A stretch of DNA of 64,000 nucleotides from Planctomycetota bacterium. Lineage in GTDB: Bacteria; Planctomycetota; Planctomycetia; Pirellulales; UBA1268. The notes below the pieces were generated by a model. That model had not been told where the DNA came from. It ran no database searches and was given only the letters and a program-made list of their open reading frames with translations. Of this stretch, positions 15,982-26,444 are shown piece by piece. The translations under genes were made by a program, and so were the position numbers. The stretch is taken from NCBI GenBank assembly GCA_003669585.1, contig QWOQ01000005.1:266502-330501 (forward strand), in the 5' to 3' direction. Positions within the stretch are counted from its first letter, which is position 1, and every line of letters begins with the position of its first letter.

Positions 15982-17091
15982 ATGGCAAAAGTAAAATCGC
16001 CATCTGCCACAGACGCTCCACTTGGCCTCGCGTCGCTGCGTTCAGAGATTGACACACTCGATCGGGAGATTGTCCAACGCATCAACCAAAGGGCTCATGT
16101 GGCCGGTCAGATCGGTCAGATAAAAAAGTCCAGCGGAGAAGTGACATACGATCCTGCTCGCGAAGAGATGGTGCTTGAGCGTGTCACCGCTTCAAATACT
16201 GGACCACTCTCCAATGAGAGCGTAAAGAACGTTTATCGTGAGATTATCAGCGGTTCGCGCGCTGTCGAGCAGCACCTGCGTGTTGCCTACCTTGGACCGG
16301 CATGGACCTACAGCCATCTTGCGGCAATTCATCGATTTGGAAATTCGGTCGAATTTGTTCCAGTCGCAAGCATTTCGGCGGCATTCGAAGAAGTGGAAGC
16401 CAATCACGCACAGTACGGTGTGGTTCCACTTGAAAACTCGACTGATGGACGCATTGCCGACACGCTCGATAATCTGTCGCGATTACCGGTTAAAATTTGC
16501 GCAGAAGTGCCACTGCGAATCCATCACAACCTTTTAGCCTCCTGTGATCGTTCTCACATCGAAGAAGTTTACAGCCGTCCGCAAGCAATTTCCCAGTGTC
16601 GCAATTGGTTGGCTCGGCATCTTCCAAAAGCACGAACGATTGAAGTCACAAGCACCAGCGTTGCAGCCGACAAGGCGAAACACACTCCACGAGCCGCTGC
16701 GATCGCGAGTCGACAGGCTGGCACTCATTATGGTCTGGATGTACTCGCCGAAAACATTGAAGATGTTGAAGGCAATTCAACGCGTTTTGCGGTGATTGGT
16801 CATATCGATGCCAAACGCACCGGTCGGGATAAGACGGCTTTGATGTTTCAAATTCATCACAAACCCGGTGGGCTGGCTGATGCTCTGGCGATTCCCAAGC
16901 GACAGCGACTGAACCTCACGTGGATCGAATCGTTTCCACTTCCTGGACCCCAACGAGGCTATATGTTTTTCGTTGAACTCGAAGGGCATCGCGACGATCT
17001 TCGAGTGCGTCGTGCAATTGAATCGCTTGAAAAAAAGTGCACTCGGGTTGTCGTTCTCGGGTCATACGCTTCGGCCTCTCCCGTTGGTTAA
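15982..17091 (+). CDS. pheA: Bifunctional chorismate mutase / prephenate dehydratase (P-protein)
   Basis: N-terminal chorismate mutase helix: LRSEIDTLDREIVQRINQRAHVAGQIGQIKK. Prephenate dehydratase domain: RVAYLGPAWTYSHLAA. C-terminal ACT domain: TALMFQIHHKPGGLADAL. Confidence 0.93.
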   Translation: MAKVKSPSATDAPLGLASLRSEIDTLDREIVQRINQRAHVAGQIGQIKKSSGEVTYDPAREEMVLERVTASNTGPLSNESVKNVYREIISGSRAVEQHLRVAYLGPAWTYSHLAAIHRFGNSVEFVPVASISAAFEEVEANHAQYGVVPLENSTDGRIADTLDNLSRLPVKICAEVPLRIHHNLLASCDRSHIEEVYSRPQAISQCRNWLARHLPKARTIEVTSTSVAADKAKHTPRAAAIASRQAGTHYGLDVLAENIEDVEGNSTRFAVIGHIDAKRTGRDKTALMFQIHHKPGGLADALAIPKRQRLNLTWIESFPLPGPQRGYMFFVELEGHRDDLRVRRAIESLEKKCTRVVVLGSYASASPVG

Positions 17092-17249
17092 TACAGGCAG
17101 CAAAGTTGGTCGTGATTGTAATTCTTCAGCCCAGAGTTCAATCAACACCGATGCCACGCATGGCTCCCGCGTTCCGGTAACGTCTCGTAATCTTTCGAGA
17201 TGAGCATTGGCTTGGTGCAGGCAACCTGAACACGCACAACGCATAGCAA

Positions 17250-18437
17250 TCAAGGCGCTGCGTATCCGTAGCGATCGAGGAAGGGCTGCCACCGTCGAGC
17301 TATTTCCGCGTCGATTCGCGAATGAGGGCGATAGGTGCTGGCATGATATTTCTTCATCGTCACGGCTTCTTTTTCGAGTGATTTCCGGATTGTTTCAAAT
17401 CCGCCGAGTTCCAACTGTTTGTAGGCTTCCTCGAGCTGGCCGACTGGATCGGCGACCAGATCCTCATAACGAATTTCATGCAATTGTCCCGGCGCAAGCT
17501 TCGCACGATCTCGCTCAAAAGCAGTGTACATCTGCTCAAACGCCTCAAAGACGTACTCCTCGAGCGTATCGCCCCGATCCACTTGCAATCCGTGCCCTTG
17601 GTGCAGCGACAGCCACAATCGCATTGTTGAATGAAACACATTAAACGGATTGCGAACAATGTGCAAAAACTTCGACTCCGGAAACATTTCCGTCAACACA
17701 CCGATGCGAGCTGTGTGGGGTGGGCTCTTTAACACTGGCCTGCGTGGATCGGCGACCGCCAGCATGTTGAGAAACCGGCGCATCGTGTGTCGCCAACGAT
17801 CCAGTTCAGATTGCGGCAGCGTAGTCAGATCGAGCGCCTCGGGATGTGGACTACTCGTGATGGGAAATGCAATGCGACGATAGGGCGACGGCGCCCCCAG
17901 ATTCAAAAGCGCAAATTCATCCTCCTGCGGCTTGTCAAGGCTTAACGTTACGTCGTCCATCGGACGCTTTGCGGGAAGAATCCATGACAGAGCCGGTGTC
18001 AAAATACGCTCCGTGAGGAGAAAGTGGCTCGGCGCAAAACACTTATAGTAGTTCGGGCAACAAAAACGCTCATCGTTCATAAAAAGTTCGTGAAGAAGCG
18101 TCGTGCCCGCCCGCCAATGGCCGATGAGAAAGAGCGGTGGCGGCGTTATGGGCGGCGAACGAAATCGACGACCGAATCTGGCTTCGCAGATCCGCGCAGC
18201 CAGCCAGTTAAATGTTGCGGCCATGGTGATCGTGACGATCAGGCCCCAGCGACTCGGACTTGCCCTCCATCGGTGTTCGGCCGCCAGCGACAGCCATACG
18301 TTCAGCGGCATGCCGTGCCAGAATCGCGGTGCCCACAAAGGCCAAGGGCGAATTATACCCTCGCGATAGGTCTTCGCCGCTGCGACCGGCGTATCGGGGG
18401 AACCGTCCGAGGATCTGACACGGGGCAGCTGGCTCAT
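17250..18437 (-). CDS. Sulfotransferase family protein with an N-terminal hydrophobic region
   Basis: A PAPS-binding 5'-PSB-like motif is present (LIGHWRAGTTLLHELF). Length is 395 aa. It lies 118 nt downstream of the desaturase on the same strand. Confidence 0.78.
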   Translation of the reverse strand: MSQLPRVRSSDGSPDTPVAAAKTYREGIIRPWPLWAPRFWHGMPLNVWLSLAAEHRWRASPSRWGLIVTITMAATFNWLAARICEARFGRRFRSPPITPPPLFLIGHWRAGTTLLHELFMNDERFCCPNYYKCFAPSHFLLTERILTPALSWILPAKRPMDDVTLSLDKPQEDEFALLNLGAPSPYRRIAFPITSSPHPEALDLTTLPQSELDRWRHTMRRFLNMLAVADPRRPVLKSPPHTARIGVLTEMFPESKFLHIVRNPFNVFHSTMRLWLSLHQGHGLQVDRGDTLEEYVFEAFEQMYTAFERDRAKLAPGQLHEIRYEDLVADPVGQLEEAYKQLELGGFETIRKSLEKEAVTMKKYHASTYRPHSRIDAEIARRWQPFLDRYGYAAP

Positions 18438-18555
18438 TCTGAGTTTTTCTTTCTCTCAACTCTCGGTGACACAATGTATGGGTGGAATTTTTATCGCTTC
18501 TACTGCCCCTAGAAAAATACTGCGGATTGTCGCAACCTCTGAGTATCCTGCATGC

Positions 18556-19773
18556 TCAGATTTTTTCACCGGCTGCTAGATACAGATCTCGTCCTAGGGC
18601 ATTTTGAGCACTCGATTGAAAATGCAGCATTTCGTGGGAATGTGCAATCGCCTCTTCCAGCGAGTTCACTTCATGCATTTCGTTTCGACCCACGCACACA
18701 CTCGCCATTCTTGCAAATCTTCGAAACACATTCTCCTGCCGGTAGAGCAGGTTATGTTTCTCGCACAGTGCCTTTACGCGAGGTTGAATTTTCCGGTATT
18801 GGCTCATTGGTAAATCTGGAATGAGATGGTGTTCAATCTGGTAGTTCAACCAAATACTCAGGTAGTCAATGATCTCAGTGCCGCAGGAGTAATTCACTGA
18901 ACCCAAGACTTGTGTGACATAAAATTCCGCTTTGTCGTTGTAGTGAAAGTTGAATTTCACCAAATCGTCGGCCGTATGGTTTGGGCCGATAACCACAAAA
19001 GCATGGAGATTCGTGATCATTTCGGCGACCAGTTTATTGATAAGGACATACACAACAGCCGTCTTTCCGAGAGGAAAAAAGAGGAGTGGTACGACTGCGA
19101 AATGAAAGAGTCCATAGGGCACATAACATTCAAGCCACAAGCGTCTTACGTGCTTGTTTTGAAACTGGAAAATATTTCGAACCGAGATATAGAGGATGTG
19201 TTCTTTCTTGACTCTGTTGAAGCCAGTGGGTTCAAGAACACTCATGGTATTCGGCGCGTAATAGAGGAACTTCCACGTTACGCTCGCGAGCATCAATACG
19301 ATGTATTTGAGTGCGATTGGGATAGGGAGTTTGCGTAGAAACTCCGTGTGACGGACTGCTAAATCGGGATCGTGGTCTTCACCCGTGTGATAGTGGTGCA
19401 GGATGTTGTGTTCGTAATCCCACGCATCCGGATGCAACCAATCAAACCAGTCGACATACCGCCTCCACCCTCGAGCAAATCCCTGACTCGTGTACCGGTG
19501 CGGAATGCCCGGCACGCGGTCGTATCCACGATGCATTATATGATGCGCAAGCAGCCAACGGGTAAACGTTCCGAGCGAAAGGCACACCGCCGTGATTGGA
19601 TTCGGAATCAACCATGCTGTCGCGTAACCGATAATGCTGAGCGCACGTCCCCACCGTTCGATTTTTAGCAGGTGCGTAAAATCTGAGTACCCAATGGACG
19701 AGTATGCCTCGGCCTTCAAGTGTTCTATATCTTGGCACAGCGCCTGAACATTCATACGATTCAATCGACTCAC
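18556..19773 (-). CDS. Membrane fatty-acid desaturase family protein with a QIEHH third histidine box
   Basis: Three His boxes are present: HHIMH, HNILHH and QIEHHL, along with several TM segments. The GTG at 19773 and the ATG at 19755 are both possible starts. Confidence 0.85.
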   Translation of the reverse strand: MSRLNRMNVQALCQDIEHLKAEAYSSIGYSDFTHLLKIERWGRALSIIGYATAWLIPNPITAVCLSLGTFTRWLLAHHIMHRGYDRVPGIPHRYTSQGFARGWRRYVDWFDWLHPDAWDYEHNILHHYHTGEDHDPDLAVRHTEFLRKLPIPIALKYIVLMLASVTWKFLYYAPNTMSVLEPTGFNRVKKEHILYISVRNIFQFQNKHVRRLWLECYVPYGLFHFAVVPLLFFPLGKTAVVYVLINKLVAEMITNLHAFVVIGPNHTADDLVKFNFHYNDKAEFYVTQVLGSVNYSCGTEIIDYLSIWLNYQIEHHLIPDLPMSQYRKIQPRVKALCEKHNLLYRQENVFRRFARMASVCVGRNEMHEVNSLEEAIAHSHEMLHFQSSAQNALGRDLYLAAGEKI

Positions 19774-20040
19774 TCCACATGGACGAGGAAAAACGTTTCT
19801 GCGTTCTGCCTCCTTTTGATTTGTTCTACGACGCCTTAATCGCTCAGGGCATTAGCGTATCCAGAAAGAATACCCGACTACCACACGAACGCCGAAATTC
19901 TCTGCCATTGCTTCTTGCAGGCGCACTTCGGGCCATTTTTGATATGTTCAGTGATCGCCATCACTGTGCGCACTAAGAGTATTTCCTAATGCCATCGTAT
20001 GTTGCACGATGGAAGGCAGTTCCTCGACTCGTTTAACCCT

Positions 20041-20814
20041 ATGAGCACTCCTTACAGCAGCGTTCTGGATCTCTTTTCCCTGCATGGACGCCGTGCACTG
20101 ATCACTGGTGGCTCAAAGGGACTCGGACGATCCATTGCGATCGCCCTTGCACAGGCCGGGGCCGAAGTGGTCATCGTGAGTCGAACGCTTTCGGAATGTC
20201 AGGCTGTTGCCGCAGCAATTAACTCCATCTCCGATTCCAAGGCGACTGCGCTCGCGGCAGACGTGACTCGAACCGATGATAGAGATCGACTCTTTCATGA
20301 GGCTGGTACGATTGACATTCTCGTGAACAGTGCCGGTGTAAACATTCGAAATCCAATTGAAACTCTTGATGAAAAAGATTGGGATGCGGTGCTGAATGTA
20401 AACCTCAAGTCACCGTTCCTTTTGGCGCAGCAGTTTGGCCCCCCGATGGCAGCGCGGGGATGGGGACGAATCGTTCATCTCGGATCAATTCTCTCAACAA
20501 TCAGTCTTGCCGGACGTTCCCCCTACGCATCGAGCAAGGCAGGACTGCTCGGACTGACACGAACCCTTGCACTTGAATGGGCCACCCAGGGCGTGACAGT
20601 CAACGCACTGTGTCCAGGACCGTTCGCGACAGAGATGAACAAGCCACTGCTAGACAACCCCGAACAGTACGCCGCATTCATATCCAAGATTCCGATGGGT
20701 CGGTGGGGAGATCTCAACGAGATCACAGGGGCAGCTCTGTTTCTGGCTTCTCCCGCTTCTTCCTTCATGACTGGAAACGCTTTGTACATCGACGGTGGAT
20801 GGACGGCGCAGTAA
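20041..20814 (+). CDS. Short-chain dehydrogenase/reductase (SDR) family oxidoreductase
   Basis: Motifs [12 protein letters not shown] (cofactor binding), NSAG and YASSKAG (catalytic YxxxK) are present. The ATG at 20041 is preferred over the longer start at 19999. Confidence 0.9.
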   Translation: MSTPYSSVLDLFSLHGRRALITGGSKGLGRSIAIALAQAGAEVVIVSRTLSECQAVAAAINSISDSKATALAADVTRTDDRDRLFHEAGTIDILVNSAGVNIRNPIETLDEKDWDAVLNVNLKSPFLLAQQFGPPMAARGWGRIVHLGSILSTISLAGRSPYASSKAGLLGLTRTLALEWATQGVTVNALCPGPFATEMNKPLLDNPEQYAAFISKIPMGRWGDLNEITGAALFLASPASSFMTGNALYIDGGWTAQ

Positions 20815-20860
20815 TCGGGTGTACATCAAAACCCAGATCAACATTCAACTCAATTCGCGT

Positions 20861-22198
20861 TTACTGTTTTGGCGTTTCAGTGAGAGATGGTTTTCGCACG
20901 TCCACACAGACAATCTCGCGGCCATCACGCAGATAGAGGAACCCACCTGCAATCGAAGGAGACTGACGAGTCGATTCCACAATGTTCATTCGTCCTACTT
21001 CATCGTATTTTTCTGGTGAAATCTTCACGACCACCAACTCGCCGAGAATTGTGCTTACAAACAGTTTTCCGTCAGCGGCAATCATATTTCCTTTTCCGAA
21101 ACGAGGCATTTGCCACATGCGTTCGCCAGTCAATGCATCGATGCATGTCAGGTGCGTCACCGGCCCTGCGCCACCGACGTTATCCATTCCGTACAGAAAA
21201 CCATCAATCAATAACGGCGTCTGCCATTCACTTCGTAACACACTTTTTGGACCGAATGATTGCCAGAGTTCATCGAACTCAAAACCGGCTTTCATCGATT
21301 TTACATTGAGCAAGACGCTGCCGTGATTCTCACCTGCTGAGAGAAAGAGTTTTCCGCGAATGGACAGCGGTGTTGCGATATTACATTCGTAGTTCGTCTG
21401 AAATGGATATCGCCAAAGAATCTGCCCCGTCTTGAACGCAACTCCCAGCACAGAGTTTCCTGAATACGAAACAATGTGAGGAACCCCATCAAGAACAAGA
21501 ACCATGGGTGATGAGTATCCTGCCGGATCGTCACCTGCCGTCCAAACAAGCTTTCCTGTTTTCGTGTCAAAGGCTGCAAGTGTGGCTGCTGCCGCACCGA
21601 CAATCACAATCACTTGATCGTCAATCACCAGCGGAGAACTCGCCATTCCATACTCTGCGACTTTTCCTGACAATTCGACGAGAGTGTTGTGCGACCACAA
21701 AAGAGCGCCACTTTCAAAATCAATTGCAGACACAACGCCATCACCACTCAAAACAAACACTTGATCGCCAGAAATTGTCGGCGTTGCACGGGGCCCATCT
21801 CCCATCGGGTTGCCGTACTCCTTGGCAACAGCCGTCTGCCAAATCGATCTCCCCGTCACTGCATCCACTGCAATGACCCATTGTTGGCCTTCTTTTTGAA
21901 CCATCGTGAGCACACGACCTCGACTGATTGACAGTCCAGACATTCCAACACCACCAGGAACCCTCCACATGATTTTCAACCCATTTTCTGGCCACTCTTC
22001 CAGAAGATCGATTTCCGATGACAGTCCGGTTCGATTCGGACCAAGAAACTGCGGCCACTCATTTTGTTTTATATCTCGATCTTCGGCCCAGAGCGGTTGA
22101 CACGCTGAGTGGGCGGCTTCTCCTGCTAGGAGCAAGCCAACGACTAGCGCGAATGCATTGATTTTTTGATTCTTACAACCTTGAAATGAGAACAACAT
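20861..22198 (-). CDS. PQQ-like beta-propeller repeat protein (BamB-like), exported
   Basis: The ATG at 22198 has AGGAG 7 nt upstream. The GTG at 22216 is less likely. Signal peptide: MLFSFQGCKNQKINAFALVVGLLLAGEAAHSA. Repeated segments such as AVDAVTGRSIWQ, AIDFESGALLWS and AFDTKTGKLVWT are present. Confidence 0.85.
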   Translation of the reverse strand: MLFSFQGCKNQKINAFALVVGLLLAGEAAHSACQPLWAEDRDIKQNEWPQFLGPNRTGLSSEIDLLEEWPENGLKIMWRVPGGVGMSGLSISRGRVLTMVQKEGQQWVIAVDAVTGRSIWQTAVAKEYGNPMGDGPRATPTISGDQVFVLSGDGVVSAIDFESGALLWSHNTLVELSGKVAEYGMASSPLVIDDQVIVIVGAAAATLAAFDTKTGKLVWTAGDDPAGYSSPMVLVLDGVPHIVSYSGNSVLGVAFKTGQILWRYPFQTNYECNIATPLSIRGKLFLSAGENHGSVLLNVKSMKAGFEFDELWQSFGPKSVLRSEWQTPLLIDGFLYGMDNVGGAGPVTHLTCIDALTGERMWQMPRFGKGNMIAADGKLFVSTILGELVVVKISPEKYDEVGRMNIVESTRQSPSIAGGFLYLRDGREIVCVDVRKPSLTETPKQ

Positions 22199-22377
22199 CG
22201 ATTTGCTCCTACACACAGCACTCGAGCTGCATGAATCACCACTTTATTTCTCGGCACTGTTTATTTCTAAAGTGTTTTCGTCGTCCTATACATAGGATTT
22301 CTATGAGTTCTTCTAAAACCTCTTGAGAATAAATGCGATGTACTGCAGCAACTCTGATCGTATTCACTCTTCACGCA

Positions 22378-22872
22378 TTAGGTCTCAGACTGATTCGGTT
22401 TGATGCGAAAAAGAAGATCGCGAGCAAACAGAATGCTCGCGACCAATCCGCTTATGGAGAGTACAACGCTTCCGACAATGAGTACTTCCTCAATCACTCC
22501 ACCTTGAAAATAACGGACAGGAATTTTCATGGCTTCAACAAACACTTCGATAAAAAGTCCGACAACAATAAAATAGACGCCGTATTGAGTCGCAATATCA
22601 GCCATATTGTCCTGCGGATGTGCGGGCGTGCCTGAACCAATCAGTTTTGATATTTCGTGTCGCTCTTCTATTAACACTCCAAAAGCGACCATGATCGTCG
22701 CAACATTGTCCGTTAAGTCATCGATCTCATCAATCGTTCCGCTGCGACCGAAAATAATGACTAACGTGTCGTAAAATAGAAACAGGGTCAACGTAAGGAG
22801 AAACAAGTTAATGACAAAAAGCCCTGTTCTACTTATTGATGCAGCTGCAATGACTTTGAGAAGATGCAACAT
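22378..22872 (-). CDS. Hypothetical small integral membrane protein (about 4 TM helices)
   Basis: 164-aa ORF with an ATG start and four hydrophobic helices. It is visibly more AT-rich than its neighbours. I recognise no family. Confidence 0.6.
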   Translation of the reverse strand: MLHLLKVIAAASISRTGLFVINLFLLTLTLFLFYDTLVIIFGRSGTIDEIDDLTDNVATIMVAFGVLIEERHEISKLIGSGTPAHPQDNMADIATQYGVYFIVVGLFIEVFVEAMKIPVRYFQGGVIEEVLIVGSVVLSISGLVASILFARDLLFRIKPNQSET

Positions 22873-22999
22873 TAATTCAATACTTCTTTTCTAAAAAATG
22901 CGGTGGTGTGCTTTGGTGTGGCTTCAGTGTTGCGGACATAACTCTGTAAACAATGCTTCGCGATGATCATCACGCGTGCTGTTCTGTAGCACAAAGACG

Positions 23000-24376
23000 T
23001 TACGGACTTACAACGGTCTCCCGCACTGTCTTTGTGCGAAGGTCGACTTGCTCGCTCGAAAAACCAACTATCTGATTTTCGCCAATGCGTACTCCGCCGA
23101 CATGTTGTCCGAGACGAATGCCGATTCGTTTCTCAGGTCCACGCGTCTCACGAAGTTCATTGCGGAAAATATCAATCGCGCTGGTATAGCCTTGCACGTC
23201 AATCCCAACACCGTCGGCCAATCCGCTGTCAATAATCTTGTTGTCGATGATTTTGTTTCTGTCACCAGAAAATCCTTCACCACGTTCCGGACGAAAAACG
23301 ATACCAGCTTTTCCGCTGCCCGTTATCTCATTGTTCTGAATGATGTTGTCAGTATCGCGATGCCCTACTGAAACTCCGAATGTCCGATTGTTCTGAATTC
23401 GGTTCTTCTCTGCCAGACCGAAGCGAACTCCCCAGCAGAAAAAGATGCCGATGTCGTTACGCTCAAGCGTATTGCGAAGCATCACTGAGCGCTGCGAACC
23501 AGAACCAGGATGCAGACCGAGACCAGTATGATCATGGCTGTGGCATTCTTCCACAACACAATCGTGACATATTTGCCAACTCAGTCCGTCGCCATTGTAT
23601 TCACGTGCTTCGACGTTCCGCATCGTGATGCGATTGCAATCCTGCAAAAAAATACAGCCCGCATGGTTACCGTCAAGATTTTCATTGTTCCCTTTGTTCC
23701 CGTCGAGAACGATATTGTCGATCAGAATGTCGGACACATGTTCGCCATTAAGAAGAGGGAACAGCGTCGAAGCAGTCGGCTTTCCCATTTGCCAGATATT
23801 TTCCCGAAGTGGTCGGTCGAGCTTGAACCGCTTACCACTGCGAGCTACCAGCGTCCGTTTAAGTACTATTGAAGCATTGTTATCTGTATTCGTCGCCCGA
23901 ATACAGATGCCGTCTCCAACTCGAAATTCTCGATCATCTTGAAGCGTGATTTCTTGGTCAAACCAATCGGAATCGTGACGTATTGTGGACACCACGGATG
24001 GTTCTTTGATGAGCACCGAGTCACTGCCACTGCCTACGATCCGCACCCGACTCGAAAGTGCGATTGCATTTCGCAGTCGATAGATTCCAGGAAGCACTTT
24101 GACGGTACCGCCTCCGATTCGAGCTACTGAATCCACCGCTGCCTGAATTACCTTTTCTGTGCTGCCCACCAGATCAGCATCCTTGTGACCAACGGTGATT
24201 GTGAGTCGTTCATTCCAGTCTGGTTCTGAGCGATCATCACCAGAGGTCGCTCTGGGATATTTGGTCTGCGGGGTTACGTCGTCGGCAATGATGGCTCTGG
24301 ACAAGAATGCACTGCACGAACTGCCGAGCCACATACGGCGCGACAGCTGCGTCGAAATAATTCGTTGTTGAGACAT
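23000..24376 (-). CDS. Right-handed parallel beta-helix (PbH1) repeat protein with a Tat-type signal
   Basis: N-terminus: SRRMWLGSSCSAFLSRAIIA. Repeated NxxxxxN/G beta-helix rungs are present (NNIVLDGNKGNN, IQNNRTFGVSVG, IQNNEITGSGKAG, IIDNKIIDSG). GAGGTGA lies upstream of the ATG. Confidence 0.8.
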   Translation of the reverse strand: MSQQRIISTQLSRRMWLGSSCSAFLSRAIIADDVTPQTKYPRATSGDDRSEPDWNERLTITVGHKDADLVGSTEKVIQAAVDSVARIGGGTVKVLPGIYRLRNAIALSSRVRIVGSGSDSVLIKEPSVVSTIRHDSDWFDQEITLQDDREFRVGDGICIRATNTDNNASIVLKRTLVARSGKRFKLDRPLRENIWQMGKPTASTLFPLLNGEHVSDILIDNIVLDGNKGNNENLDGNHAGCIFLQDCNRITMRNVEAREYNGDGLSWQICHDCVVEECHSHDHTGLGLHPGSGSQRSVMLRNTLERNDIGIFFCWGVRFGLAEKNRIQNNRTFGVSVGHRDTDNIIQNNEITGSGKAGIVFRPERGEGFSGDRNKIIDNKIIDSGLADGVGIDVQGYTSAIDIFRNELRETRGPEKRIGIRLGQHVGGVRIGENQIVGFSSEQVDLRTKTVRETVVSP

Positions 24377-24435
24377 GACGCAATATCACCTCACATCGAT
24401 TGTTTCCACGATGTTCTCAATAAACGCAAACAGTT

Positions 24436-26052
24436 CTAAATATTTCTATTCGTAGCAGTCGGCTGTCCGACGGAAATACTCGCTGCTGAAAAAGTCACCT
24501 TCGGATACTCCCTCATCACATACTCGGCATCCCATTGCGATTGAAACAGAACGGCGGGACGCGCATCTTGGTCGAGCACAACTTTTGTAGTCGACGGCAG
24601 TCGCATTTTTCGTAACTGCTCAGGATCAACGTTTACCCATCTGGCGAGTGTATACGGTAACCAATCGACCTGAGTGGTCGTGTTGTACTCACTTTCGAGT
24701 CGAAAACGTACGACGTCAAACTGCAACTCGCCAACCGCCGCGAGAATCGGTTCATGGCTTACGGCAAATGGGTCGTTAAATAAAGCAATTGCCCCTTCCT
24801 CAAGCAACTGCTCGAGACCGCGTTGAAATTGCTTGCGACGGTCAGTGTCACGGCATCGTAAAACTGCAAAATGTTCAGGTGAGAATTTAGGCAAGGGCTC
24901 AAAGTGAATGGGCGGTCCTTCGCAGATGGTGTCGCCAAGCCGAAACTCACCGGGATTTACCAAACCAATAATGTCACCCGGAAACGCCTCATCCATAGTT
25001 TCCCGACTTTGTCCGAAGACACGATGCGCACGCCGCAATCGAAGTTTTTTACCGGTCCGAGAGTGTACGACTTCCATATCACGAAAAAATCGGCCCGAGC
25101 AGATACGAACAAAAGCAATACGATCTCTGTGTCGAGGATCGAGATTCGCTTGAATTTTAAACACGAACCCTGCGAATTCCTTGCGGGTTGCGCGAATCGG
25201 CCCAACGTCGCTTTCTCGTGGTCGTGGTGACGGACAAAGAGAAAGGAACCCTCGCAGAAACGGCTCGAGACCATAATTTGTGAGCGCACTACCAAAAAAT
25301 ACAGGCGACAGATCGCCCGACAGAAATCGTTCTCGATCAAAGGGCAGGCCGGCGTGTGCCAACAGATTCACTTCATCAACAGCATGCGCCGCAGTCGCAT
25401 TCATCTGTGAAAGCGTTTCAAGATCGAGCGAGCGGTATCCAATACGTCGCTGAGAATCTCGATCCTCAAAAAGCTGTGCCGTTTGGGTATTGATATCAAT
25501 TACCCCCGTAAATTCGTGCCCTGTGCCGACAGGCCAGTTCATTGGAACGGCATCAATTCGAAATTTGGATTCTATTTCGGAGAGAATTTCTAGCGGTTTG
25601 TGGCCGGGGCGATCGACTTTATTCACAAAGGTAATGACGGGAATGCGTCGCAGTGCGCAGACTCGAAAAAGTTTTTCCGTCTGAGTTTCAATCCCTTTTG
25701 CAAGATCAATGACCATCACAGCACAGTCTGCCGCCATCAGCGTTCGGTATGTATCTTCGCTGAAGTCGTGATGTCCGGGCGTGTCGAGCAGATTGACCTG
25801 ATGCCCTTCAAACTCGAAGGTAAGAACCGTGGAACTGATCGAAATACCACGTTGCTTCTCTAATTCCATCCAGTCCGATGTCGCGGTACGTTGAGTTTTT
25901 CTACCGCGAACTGCCCCCGCCACTTCAATACAACCGCCGTACAAAAGAAGCTTTTCAGTGAGCGTAGTTTTGCCTGCGTCAGGATGCGAAATGATTGCAA
26001 ACGTCCGACGTTTCGAAACTTCGTGTTCATTATTGTTATGTGCGTCGCACAT
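24436..26052 (-). CDS. prfC: Peptide chain release factor 3
   Basis: Motifs AIISHPDAGKTTLTEKLLLYGG, DTPGHHDF and NKVDR are present. Length is 538 aa. Confidence 0.95.
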   Translation of the reverse strand: MCDAHNNNEHEVSKRRTFAIISHPDAGKTTLTEKLLLYGGCIEVAGAVRGRKTQRTATSDWMELEKQRGISISSTVLTFEFEGHQVNLLDTPGHHDFSEDTYRTLMAADCAVMVIDLAKGIETQTEKLFRVCALRRIPVITFVNKVDRPGHKPLEILSEIESKFRIDAVPMNWPVGTGHEFTGVIDINTQTAQLFEDRDSQRRIGYRSLDLETLSQMNATAAHAVDEVNLLAHAGLPFDRERFLSGDLSPVFFGSALTNYGLEPFLRGFLSLCPSPRPRESDVGPIRATRKEFAGFVFKIQANLDPRHRDRIAFVRICSGRFFRDMEVVHSRTGKKLRLRRAHRVFGQSRETMDEAFPGDIIGLVNPGEFRLGDTICEGPPIHFEPLPKFSPEHFAVLRCRDTDRRKQFQRGLEQLLEEGAIALFNDPFAVSHEPILAAVGELQFDVVRFRLESEYNTTTQVDWLPYTLARWVNVDPEQLRKMRLPSTTKVVLDQDARPAVLFQSQWDAEYVMREYPKVTFSAASISVGQPTATNRNI

Positions 26053-26444
26053 GAGTCTGCCGAAAAAAGTGAGAGTTCAAACGCATCCGCGACGAAGCGA
26101 CGTCATGAATACAACACTCTATGCCAATGCGCAGGCGGTGCATTGATTGGCGAATGTCAAATTGAAGAGTTGTTGTCGTAGCGCATTGCAAACATAGCCG
26201 CTGACAGACCATACGACAACCCATCGCACACTTCGCGTAGAGACGCAACGCCGTTGTCTGATTGTTCGTACATTCAGAAATAATTCATACACATGGTTTG
26301 TGTGCGGTTGCGAAGCAGATTGTACGTGGGCAGAGATCTGTTGTAGAATATCGAAACCTTAGCTTCCTTAGACAGCTCTGACTATTTATCAATCCTTCAG
26401 CAATCTCTCTCATGTGATTCATCACTGTTTCGAGGTGAATTTTC

